This document shows positions 25,064 to 36,900 of a stretch of 64,000 bases of DNA, one piece after another. The DNA lies in contig NC_087245.1 in assembly GCF_037042905.1 (NCBI RefSeq), positions 44,022,001-44,086,000 on the forward strand. The letters are read 5' to 3'. The notes below the pieces were generated by a model, which did not search any database, was not told the origin of the DNA, and saw only the letters and a list, made by a program, of their open reading frames with translations. Origin of the DNA: Lytechinus pictus (taxonomy: Eukaryota). The translations under genes and the position numbers were made by a program. Each line of letters starts with the position of its first letter. Within the stretch, counting starts at the first letter, position 1.

Positions 25064-25249
25064 GGGTCAGCTGTGTCCGTTGCTTGGAAAGTTTAGTGAG
25101 GTGAAGGATCTTCTTTCTGAGAAGGACATCTCTGGTGTCGATGGAATACTGATTGATGCAGGGTGTTCATCCCTTCAGTTTGACACTCCAGAGAGAGGAT
25201 TCTCTATCAGTCAGGATGGACCTCTTGATATGAGAATGGATGCAAACAG
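25064..25249 (+). CDS. METTL15: METTL15 coding exon ([62 protein letters not shown])
   Basis: DGILxDxGxSSxQ...RGFS...DGPLDMRM RsmH signature; TTTTACAG acceptor and AG|GTAAAT donor; 186 nt, phase 2/2 fits both neighbours. Confidence 0.96.
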
Positions 25250-26847
25250 GTAAATATGTTCTACATTTCCAAGATACCCCTTTCATTTCGATTCAAATGC
25301 CACTCACATTAAAGAAGTAGTTGTTGGTGGCACTATGCCCCTCGCTACTAGAGGCATTATATTTTATGTCCATCTATTTGAGAGTCTCTGGCTGTCCTGT
25401 TTTCACTCTCACGATAAATAAAGAGCCGTTCAATGGATCCACTTCAAATTTCAAAACTTGGTTCAAGTATGCATATTGTAGGTGTGACTCTGATATGGTT
25501 AGTGTTTTTGGTCACAAGGTCAAAGGTCAGAGTTGACTAATTTACCGGAAAGTATCTTTCCAGGGGTAGCAAGAAGTGATGGATAGATGACTTGATTAAG
25601 GGCAGAATCAACCCCTCTGGCTGTGAGAAGGCTGGGGCTAAAATACCCAGCCCATTTAGAATCAAACTGGAGTCATGATCAGTCAGTCCGCAAGCCCCTG
25701 TGTTAATGAGCAAATGAGCAAGATTTATCCAAGTCCTCTCGTGGCTGAATTCATGTCCCTGCAAAATCTCGTGAATTGTGAAACTTTCTTTCTCAAAGAA
25801 TTTAACCACTTTCTCCTTGAGTAATATTGATTATTTTTGTACCATGGGCAAGAGTAAATGTTACCCTTTTATATTGGTCACTTCTTTTGAATGAAATATT
25901 TTGATAAATAAGTGAATTTTTTACCTGAAAAGATGCATCAAACAGAATTTTCTTCCTCTGTTTTCACTTGCAAATTGTGCAACATTTTGTGTTTTAGGCA
26001 CCAACATTATTTATATCATCAGACAGCTCAAACTCTATACTTTCTTTCAATGTCACTCTTGATATGTGGCATCTTTTAGATGGGTCAGCAGCCAGTTATT
26101 TCCATCAAGATGCAAGACGAGATTTCTGAAATTTCTGAGTAACATAAAATCCAGAGTTCTTATTGGCTGAATACTGTTTTCAAAACAAACAGGCGCGGGT
26201 AATTTGAAGAGATTACCACATGGTGAGTGTGACCTTGCAGAGGCCCAGTGTGGGGAACATTGGAATTTGCGTGGGTGTGTGGTCACTATGACCAATCAGA
26301 GCGCAGTGTTCTTGTTTTTGAGCTGCAAAATGTACTTGGCCTATGAAAAGCTGGCTGCTGACCCATCTAAAATACATCTTCTTATAAAAATTATATCATA
26401 TTAAAGCTTAGATCTTCAGCTTTATCATGATTTAAAAATCATTTGTGCCCAAAGAGAAATTAAGTGTGAAAACAACAACTTTTGTTGCATGAAAAAAAAT
26501 ATTTTGTTTCATGTTTTAGATCAAAAGTTTTTCCTATATTACATCATTCTTTTAAAAATCCAAACACATGACCTAAAATAATGAATCTTCTTCTTTACAA
26601 AGATACCAAAAACATGAAATTTGGTCAATATTTAGAGCAGCAATGGCCGAGTAAAAAGAGGTGTTTTGGTTCGCACCAAGCTCATTAACTATGCAAAAAT
26701 CCTCTTGTTATGAATATCACTTGGATAAAAGAAGCTACTTTTTCAGGGCTTGCGGACTGACTGTGATCTTTATTGTTTATTTTACCTCACCAGAAACTCT
26801 TGCACATTGGAATACATCTGTTGGTTCTCTGTTTTTTCCTTTTTTAG

Positions 26848-27436
26848 AATTCCTTCACAACCTACTGCAGCTGATGTTGTAAACTCATTGGACCATGCCA
26901 CTCTCACTCAGATATTGCGGACATACGGAGAAGAATCAAAAGCCAAAAGAATTGCTGAGGCAATCATAGACTACCGAGCAAACTTCAGAATTTTTTCTTC
27001 TACTTCGGAACTTGCAACGGTGGTTGCCTGTTGTCACACCCATAGAGATGCTAAGAGCAATCGAGACAAGCTTGGACGGCACGCTCATACCGCTACCAAG
27101 ACCTTTCAAGCATTGAGGATATTTGTGAACAATGAGCTTAATGAACTCGCTGTGGCAATGGAGTCAGCATGGGATCTCTTGAAACCTGGTGGAAAATTAG
27201 CTGTTCTGACCTTTCACTCATTGGAAGACAGAGTTGTTAAGAGATCGCTTCAGGGCAGACATGTATCTGAGAGAGGGAACTCATTGCGTCAAAAGAGGAT
27301 GATGGTGTCTTCTGAAGATAGTGGTGTACAGAGGTGGGAAATAGTCAAGAGAAAAGAGCTGACTGCAGGCGATGAAGAAATCAGTTTGAACCCCAGAGCA
27401 AGATCAGCTAAGCTCAGAACTGCCATTAAGCTGTAA
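26848..27436 (+). CDS. METTL15: METTL15 last coding exon (IPSQPTAADVVN...ATKTFQALRIFVNNEL...TFHSLEDRVVK...NPRARSAKLRTAIKL*)
   Basis: 3' part of ORF 26750..27436 with YGEE, FQALRIxVNxEL, FHSLEDR and NPRARSAKLR RsmH motifs; polypyrimidine tract + TAG acceptor at 26847; TAA stop. Confidence 0.97.
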
Positions 27437-27717
27437 AATTTGTCCATGAGTTATTTCTCATTAAATCTTACCAAAAATCAATATCTTCATATTTAGACAG
27501 CTCTTGGAACAGACGAATGGATTCAATGTAGATGCTGTCGGTTTTCATAGACTGATTAGATCAATGTGTTGCAAAGCAGTGCAATGTGCAGCGATACTAA
27601 ATGATGTCATTATGAGCTACATATAGGTCACATTTATATAATCAAGGCCCTTGTGATTTTTGGGGAAGGAGGTATCGGAAAAAAAGTATTCCTGTGTGCT
27701 AGAGCTAATACACCCCT

Positions 27718-28156
27718 TAAATGCCCCTAGCCCTGGAAAACCAATAAAGACCAAATGAAATGCCCCTAGCCCTGGAAAACCAATAAAGACCAAATGAAAT
27801 GCCCCTAGCCCTGGAAAACCAAGAAAGACCAAATGAAATGCCCCCTAGCCCTGGAAAACCAAGAAAGACCAAATGAAATGCCCCCTAGCCCTGGAAAGCC
27901 AAGAAAGACCCAATGAAATGCCCCTAGCCCTGGAAAACCAATAAAGACCAAATGAAATGCCCCCTAGCCCTGGAAAACCAAGAAAGACCCAATGAAATGC
28001 CCCTAGCCCTGGAAAACCAAGAAAGACCCAATGAAATGCCCCTAGCCCTGGAAAACTAAGAAAGACCCAATGAAATGCCCCTAGCCCTGGAAAACCAAGA
28101 AAGACCCAATGAAATGCCCCTAGCCCTGGAAAACCAAGAAAGACCCAATGAAATTC
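27718..28156 (+). repeat. 39-bp minisatellite, ~11 copies, ~280 bp downstream of the METTL15 stop
   Basis: Unit AATGAAATGCCCCTAGCCCTGGAAAACCAA(G/T)AAAGACC(C/A). Confidence 0.95.
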
Positions 28157-29160
28157 CCATAGGGTCCAATGTAACCTGAAATACACACAAAAAAAGGTTT
28201 TGGCACAAAATAACCCTCAATATTTTTTTTTTAAATTAATTTTTGCTTGAGCCTTGAGGTGTAGATGATATAGAATTATATTGGATGCTCTTATTTCATG
28301 GAATGCAGGAAATGTTCCACTGGTTAAAGGCCAATATTTCCCGCTCATCCAGTCCAGTGCATCATTGACCCAAGGAATAGGTAAATTTTATTCCTTGCTA
28401 TATTTTGATTCTGTAGAAATAAAGAAAGAGCAAAAAAAGACAAAAAAAAGTGTTCTGACAGATATGCTCAGTGGTAGACAATACATTATTCTGGTAATAT
28501 TTTACATCCCTCAAAAAACAACCTAGACACATTGTTATCATGAAAGGTATTTTATTTATTTGTTTTGATATCATTGAACAGTTGTAGGTCTCTCTGTATC
28601 AAAAAGGGTGAAAGATCATTTGATTTCACTTGGTAAAAGTTTGCTTGCAAGATTCATATTGACAAATAATTATGCATAGACAATAAACATTGGTCATTGA
28701 TGCATTGAGGGTATATTTGTATTATTATGCTGTTGGAGATCACATGGTAAGGTCAAGAGTCATTTTTTAAATCCTACTTGCATGACTTTCCTGTGAGACA
28801 TAACCTTACACACATTGCTGCTATGGCAACTAAGCATGGGTAGATGCACTTGAATACATTCATGTTTTGTACCTTTGAAGATCTCATAAGGTCAAAAGCC
28901 ATTTGAGATCCAATATTCAAATTTGTCTGCATGACACTTTAATGATATATAGCCTACCTCTGTATCTGAAACTTCAGTTGCAATAAAAAAAACCATTGGA
29001 TATTGTGGGGTACTAATGCAAGAAAAGTATTGCATGCTTTTTTGGAAATAAGATAGAAAGAAATATTATAGATATATATAATTCTCTTTGTATGTTTAGT
29101 TTATCAGACTAGTTGATATGGTGTGCAGTTATTATGTTGAAGGTTTTCTATCTGAATTCC

Positions 29161-30663
29161 TTTTTAGCTCATCTAGCCCGAAGGGCCAGATGAGCTTATG
29201 CCGTGTCGTCTGTCGTCCGTCCACGATTTCAAAATGCTTCTTCGCCATTTCAAGTCTGATTTCAATGCTGTTTGCTTTAATATATGATAGCACTAGGTGG
29301 GGGATTCAAAACTTCTACACAGAATTTTGAAACTCATTAAATATGCTAATTTATGTGCATTTTTCAAAATTCACAAAAAATGCTTCTTCTGTATTTGTTG
29401 ACCGATTTTGAATTTTTTGCTTCCATCTGGTAGAGCTTCATGAGGTTCACCAAACTTCTAAACAGAATTTTGAAATTTTGACTAGAACAATTTTTATGCT
29501 AATTTAATTCATGCATATTTTAAAAAAAATTCACATACATGTAAAATGCTTCTTCTTCATTTATTGAATGATTTTGATTTTTTTTTCTTCCATCTGGTAG
29601 AGCTTTATGAGGTCCACCAAACTTCTACACAGAATTTTTAAATTAGGAGTAGAAAATTATTCATGCTAATTTATGCAAAATTCATAAATCACAGAAAATG
29701 CCTCTATATTTGTAAACTGAATTTCAAAATGCTTCTTCTTCATCATTTCAAGTCTGATTTAGATTCTGTTTGCTTTATATGATAGGATTAGGTGGGGGAT
29801 TCAAAACTTCTACACAGAATTTTGAAACTCGTTAAATATGCTAATTTATGCGCATTTTTGAAAATTCACATAAAATGCTTCTTTAATTGTTGACCGATTT
29901 TGAATTTTTTTCTTCCATCTGGTAGAACTTCATGAGGTTCACCAAACATCTACACAGAATTTAGAAATTTTCAGTAGAAAATTATTTATGCTAATTTATG
30001 CAAAATTTATTCAGAAATCACAGACAATGCCTCTTCTTTTTTTTTTGACTGATTTTGATTTTTTTTTTTCCATCTGGTAGAGCTGCATAAGGTTCACCAA
30101 ACTTGTTCACAAAATTTTGAAATTTTGTCTATAAAATTATTTATGCTAATTTATGAAAAATTTATTCATAAATCACAAAAAATGTTTTTTCTTCTTCAAT
30201 TTGTTGATCAATTTCAATTTTGGTTGGTTAATATGATAGCTCGAGGTGGTGATACAAAATTTCAATACAGAATTTGAAACTCATTAAATATGCTAATTCA
30301 TATATTTTCAAAACTCACCAAAAATACTTATTTATTTGTTGATTCATTTTGGTTATTTTTTATCAATCTGAGAGCTACAAGAGGTTCACCAAGGTTCTAC
30401 AGAGTTTAAAAATTTTGACTAGAAAATTATCTATGCTTAATTTATATGAAATTTATTCATAGATCACAAAAATGCTTCTATGCTATAGAATTGAAATTGA
30501 TGAAGAAATGGCATTGCCATTTCTTCATCAATTTCAATTCTATATCCTCAATTTATGTCACAAATATAATTTGCTACAGTGTCAACTGGGCTGAAATTAA
30601 AATTATGTTAAATTTCGTTGCGAGATGCGGGATGAGCTCCAAATCATTAATGTGCTAGTTTTT
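29161..30663 (+). mobile_element. Helentron-associated (HINE/DINE-1-like) non-autonomous element with internal tandem subrepeats
   Basis: Starts TTTTTAGCTCATCT-GCCCGAAGGGC-AGATGAGCT (5' subTIR and hairpin); 3' subTIR GATGAGCT near 30630; ends in a T-run; internal ~120-bp degenerate repeats (AAACTTCTACACAGAATTTT...ATGCTAATTTAT). Confidence 0.65.
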
Positions 30664-30974
30664 AAATGATATGTTTATGAAACTTTTCAAATTATTTAAT
30701 GAATAGCTTCAGAGGATAGTGCCGAAAAAGAGCATGAATGATACAAAAGACTCTGCCTTAGTCGATCTTCAAATAAACTTTACTCAAATAATTGATAATT
30801 GCCCAACTCGACATTTTTTCAGACCAGAAAGTGAAAACAATACATCATCTACGTCGAGCAGATCTTTGTGGTAAAAAAAAATAAAATAAAAAATATGGAG
30901 TCTGGCAGATTCACCTGTACTTGTTTTATGTTTACAATAGACTGATTGACGTGGAAAAGAAGAGGAAGAGTGAG

Positions 30975-33900
30975 GAGCATTATAATGATGGGAGAGCATT
31001 AGAATGATGGGATAGCATTATAATGATGGGAGAGCATTATAATGATGGGGATAGCATTAGAATGATGGGAGAGCACTAGAATGATGGGAGAGCATTATAA
31101 TGATGGGGGAGCATTAGAATGATGGGAGAGCATTAGAATGATGGGAGAGCATTAGAATGATGGGGGAGCATTAGAATGATGGGGGAGCATTAGAATGATG
31201 GGGGAGCATTAGAATGATGAGAGAGCATTAGAATGATGGGAGAGCATTATAATGATGGGGGAGCACTAGAATGATGGGAGAGCACTAGAATGATGAGGTA
31301 GCATTAGAATGATGGGGGAGCATTAGAATGATGGGAGAGCACTAGAATGATGGGAGAGCATTAGAATGATGGGGGAGCACTAGAATGATGGGAGAGCACT
31401 AGAATGATGGGAGAGCACTAGAATGATGGGAGAGCATTAGAATGATGGGGGAGCACTAGAATGATGGGGGAGCATTAGAATGATGGGGGAGCATTAGAAT
31501 GATGGGAGAGCATTATAATGATGGGGGAGCACTAGAATGATGGGAGAGCACTAGAATGATGAGGTAGCATTAGAATGATGGGGGAGCATTAGAATGATGG
31601 GAGAGCACTAGAATGATGGGAGAGCACTAGAATGATGGGAGAGCATTAGAATGATGGGGGAGCATTAGAATGATGGGAGAGCACTAGAATGATGGGAGAG
31701 CACTAGAATGATAGGAGAGCATTAGAATGATGGGAGAGCATTATAATGATGGGGGAGCATTAGAATGATGGGAGAGCATTATAATGATAGGAGAGCATTA
31801 TAATGATGGGGTAGCATTAGAAAGATGGGGTAGCATTAGAACGACTGGGAGAGCATTAGAATGATGAGGGAGCATTATAATGATGGGGTAGCATTAGAAT
31901 GATGAGGTAGCATTAGAATGATGGGAGAGCATTAGAATGATGGGTAGCATTAGAATGATGGGAGAGCATTAGAATTATGGGGGAGCACTAGAATGATGGG
32001 AGAGCATTAGAATGATGGGAGGGCATTAGAATGATAGGAGAGCATTATAATGATGGGGTAGCATTAGAAAGATGGGGTAGCATTAGAACGACTGGGAGAG
32101 CATTAGAATGATGAGGGAGCATTATAATGATGGGGTAGCATTAGAATGATGAGGTAGCATTAGAATGATGGGAGAGCATTAGAATGATGGGTAGCATTAG
32201 AATGATGGGGGAGCACTAGAATGATGGGAGAGCATTAGAATGATGAGGTAGCATTATAATGATGGGGTAGCATTAGAATGATGGGAATGCATTAGAATGA
32301 TGAGGGAGCATTATAATGATGGGGTAGCATTAGAATGATGAGGTAGCATTATAATGATGGGATAGCATTAGAATGATGGGGGAGCACTAGAATGATGGGA
32401 GAGCACTAGAATGATGGGGGAGCATTAGAATGATGGGGGAGCACTAGAATGATGGGGGAGCACTAGAATGATGGGAGAGCATTAGAATGATGGGAGAGCA
32501 CTAGAATGATGGGAGAGCACTAGAATGATGGGGGAGCACTAGAATGATGGGAGAGCACTAGAATGATGGGGGAGCATTAGAATGATGGGGGAGCACTAGA
32601 ATGATGGGAGAGCATTAGAATGATGGGAGAGCACTAGAATGATGGGGGAGCACTAGAATGATGGGGGAGCACTAGAATGATGGGGGAGCATTAAAATGAT
32701 GTGAGAGCACTAGAATGATGGGGTAGCACTAGAATGATGGGAGAGCACTAGAATGATGGGGGAGCACTAGAATGATAGGAGAGCACTAGAATGATGGGAG
32801 AGCACTAGAATGATGGGAGAGCACTAGAATGATGGGAGAGCACTAGAATGATGGGGGAGCATTAGAATGATGGGAGAGCACTAGAATGATGGGAGAGCAT
32901 TAGAATGATGGGGGAGCATTAGAATGATGGGAGAGCATTAGAATGATGGGAGAGCACTAGAATGATGGGAGAGCACTAGAATGATGGGGGAGCATTAGAA
33001 TGATGAGGGAGCATTATAATGATGGGGTAGCATTAGAATGATGAGGTAGCATTAGAATGATGGGAGAGCATTAGAATGATGGGTAGCATTAGAATGATGG
33101 GGGAGCACTAGAATGATGGGAGAGCATTAGAATGATGAGGTAGAATTATCATGATGGGGTAGCATTAGAATGATGGGAGAGCATTAGAATGATGAGGGAG
33201 CATTATAATGATGGGGTAGCATTAGAATGATGAGGTAGCATTATAATGATGGGATAGCATTAGAATGATGGGGGAGCACTAGAATGATGGGAGAGCACTA
33301 GAATGATGGGGGAGCATTAGAATGATGGGGGAGCACTAGAATGATGGGGGAGCACTAGAATGATGGGAGAGCATTAGAATGATGGGAGAGCACTAGAATG
33401 ATGGGAGAGCACTAGAATGATGGGGGAGCACTAGAATGATGGGAGAGCACTAGAATGATGGGAGAGCACTAGAATGATGGGGGAGCATTAGAATGATGGG
33501 GGAGCATTAGAATGATGGGAGAGCACTAGAATGATGGGAGAGCATTAGAATGATGGGAGAGCATTAGAATGATGGGGGAGCATTAGAATGATGGGAGAGC
33601 ATTAGAATGATGGGGGAGCATTAGAATGATGGGGGAGCACTAGAATGATGGGAGAGCATTAGAATGATGGGTAGCATTAGAATGATGGGAGAGCACTAGA
33701 ATGATGGGGGAGCACTAGAATGATGGGAGAGCATTAGAATGATAGGGGAGCATTATAATGATGGGAGAGCACTAGAATGATGGGAGAGCATTAGAATGAT
33801 GGGGGAGCACTAGAATGATGGGGGAGCACTAGAATGATGGGAGAGCACTAGAATGATGGGGGAGCACTAGAATGATGGGAGAGCACTAGAATGATGGGAG

Positions 33901-36900
33901 AGCACTAGAATGATGGGGGAGCATTAGAATGATGGGGGAGCATTAGAATGATGGGAGAGCATTAGAATGATGGGAGAGCACTAGAATGATGGGAGAGCAT
34001 TAGAATGATGGGGGAGCACTAGAATGATGGGAGAGCATTAGAATGATGGGGGAGCATTAGAATGATGGGAGAGCACTAGAATGATGGGAGAGCACTAGAA
34101 TGATGGGAGAGCACTAGAATGATGGGGGAGCATTAGAATGATGGGGGAGCATTAGAATGATGGGAGAGCATTAGAATGATGGGGGAGCACTAGAATGATG
34201 GGAGAGCATTAGAATGATAGGGGAGCATTAGAATGATGGGGGAGCACTAGAATGATGTGAGAGCACTAGAATGATGGGAGAGCACTAGAATGATGGGAGA
34301 GCACTAGAATGATGGGGGAGCACTAGAATGATGGGAGAGCATTAGAATGATGGGAGAGCATTAGAATGATGGGGGAGCATTAGAATGATGGGGGAGCACT
34401 AGAATGATGGGAGAGCATTAGAATGATAGGGGAGCATTATAATGATGGGAGAGCACTAGAATGATGGGAGAGCACTAGAATGATGGGGGAGCACTAGAAT
34501 GATGGGAGAGCACTAGAATGATGGGAGAGCACTAGAATGATGGGGGAGCATTAGAATGATGGGGGAGCATTAGAATGATGGGAGAGCATTAGAATGATGG
34601 GAGAGCACTAGAATGATGGGAGAGCATTAGAATGATGGGGGAGCACTAGAATGATGGGAGAGCATTAGAATGATGGGGGAGCATTAGAATGATGGGAGAG
34701 CACTAGAATGATGGGAGAGCACTAGAATGATGGGGGAGCACTAGAATGATGGGAGAGCATTAGAATGATGGGAGAGCACTAGAATGATGGGGGAGCATTA
34801 GAATGATGGGGGAGCATTAGAATGATGGGAGAGCATTAGAATGATGGGGGAGCATTAGAATGATGGGAGAGCACTAGAATGATGGGGGAGCATTAGAATG
34901 ATGGGGGAGCATTAGAATGATGGGAGAGCATTAGAATGATGGGAGAGCACTAGAATGATGGGGGAGCACTAGAATGATGGGAGAGCATTAGAATGATGGG
35001 AGAGCACTAGAATGATAGGAGAGCACTAGAATGATGGGAGAGCACTAGAATGATGGGGGAGCACTAGAATGATGGGGGAGCACTAGAATGATGGGGGAGC
35101 ATTAGAATGATGGGGGAGCGCTAGAATGATGGGGGAGCATTAGAATGATGGGGGAGCACTAGAATGATGGGAGAGCACTAGAATGATGGGAGAGCACTAG
35201 AATGATGGGAGAGCATTAGAATGATGGGGGAGCACTAGAATGATGGGGGAGCACTAGAATGATGGGAGAGCACTAGAATGATGGGAGAGCACTAGAATGA
35301 TGGGAGAGCATTAGAATGATGGGAGAGCACTAGAATGATGGGGGAGCACTAGAATGATGGGAGAGCACTAGAATGATGGGGGAGCATTAGAATGATGGGA
35401 GAGCACTAGAATGATGGGGGAGCACTAGAATGATGGGAGAGCATTAGAATGATGGGGGAGCACTAGAATGATGGGAGAGCATTAGAATGATGGGAGAGCA
35501 CTAGAATGATGGGGGAGCACTAGAATGATGGGAGAGCACTAGAATGATGGGAGAGCACTAGAATGATGGGAGAGCACTAGAATGATGGGAGAGCACTAGA
35601 ATGATGGGAGAGCATTAGAATGATGGGGGAGCACTAGAATGATGGGAGAGCATTAGAATGATGGGAGAGCACTAGAATGATGGGGGAGCACTAGAATGAT
35701 GGGAGAGCACTAGAATGATGGGGGAGCATTAGAATGATGGGAGAGCACTAGAATGATGGGAGAGCACTAGAATGATAGGAGAGCATTAGAATGATGGGAG
35801 AGCATTATAATGATGGGGGAGCATTAGAATGATGGGAGAGCATTATAATGATAGGAGAGCATTATAATGATGGGGTAGCATTAGAAAGATGGGGTAGCAT
35901 TAGAACGACTGGGAGAGCATTAGAATGATGAGGGAGCATTATAATGATGGGGTAGCATTAGAATGATGAGGTAGCATTAGAATGATGGGAGAGCATTAGA
36001 ATGATGGGTAGCATTAGAATGATGGGAGAGCATTAGAATTATGGGGGAGCACTAGAATGATGGGAGAGCATTAGAATGATGGGAGGGCATTAGAATGATA
36101 GGAGAGCATTATAATGATGGGGTAGCATTAGAAAGATGGGGTAGCATTAGAACGACTGGGAGAGCATTAGAATGATGAGGGAGCATTATAATGATGGGGT
36201 AGCATTAGAATGATGAGGTAGCATTAGAATGATGGGAGAGCATTAGAATGATGGGTAGCATTAGAATGATGGGGGAGCACTAGAATGATGGGAGAGCATT
36301 AGAATGATGAGGTAGCATTATAATGATGGGGTAGCATTAGAATGATGGGAGAGCATTAGAATGATGAGGGAGCATTATAATGATGGGGTAGCATTAGAAT
36401 GATGAGGTAGCATTATAATGATGGGATAGCATTAGAATGATGGGGGAGCGCTAGAATGATGGGGGAGCATTAGAATGATGGGATAGCATTAGAATGATGG
36501 GAGAGCACTAGAATGATGGGAGAGCATTAGAATGATGGGAGAGCATTATAATGATGGGGTAGCATTAGAATGATGGGAGAGCACTAGAATGATGGGGGAG
36601 CACTAGAATGATGGGGTAGCATTAGAATGATGAGGTAGCATTATAATGATGGGATAGCATTAGAATGATGGGAGAGCACTAGAATGATGGGGGAGCATTA
36701 GAATGATGGGGGAGCACTAGAATGATGGGAGAGCACTAGAATGATGGGGGAGCATTAGAATGATGGGAGAGCATTATAATGATGGGGTAGCATTAGAATG
36801 ATGGGGGAGCACTAGAATGATGGGGGAGCACTAGAATGATGGGGGAGCACTAGAATGATGGGAGAGCACTAGAATGATGGGAGAGCACTAGAATGATGGG

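Noticed and set aside
26750..26847. N-terminal part of the 228-aa ORF
   Set aside because: Intronic read-through upstream of the TAG acceptor at 26847; RsmH-family similarity starts at 26848.
27617..28186. (GFPGLGAFHWVFL)n ORFs on the minus strand
   Set aside because: Frame of a 39-bp minisatellite, broken by 1-bp indels, with no splice or domain support.
30784..30866. Possible minus-strand exon (DLLDVDDVLFSLSGLKKCRVGQLSII) after a T-rich acceptor-like site
   Set aside because: No recognisable homology and no partner exons found.
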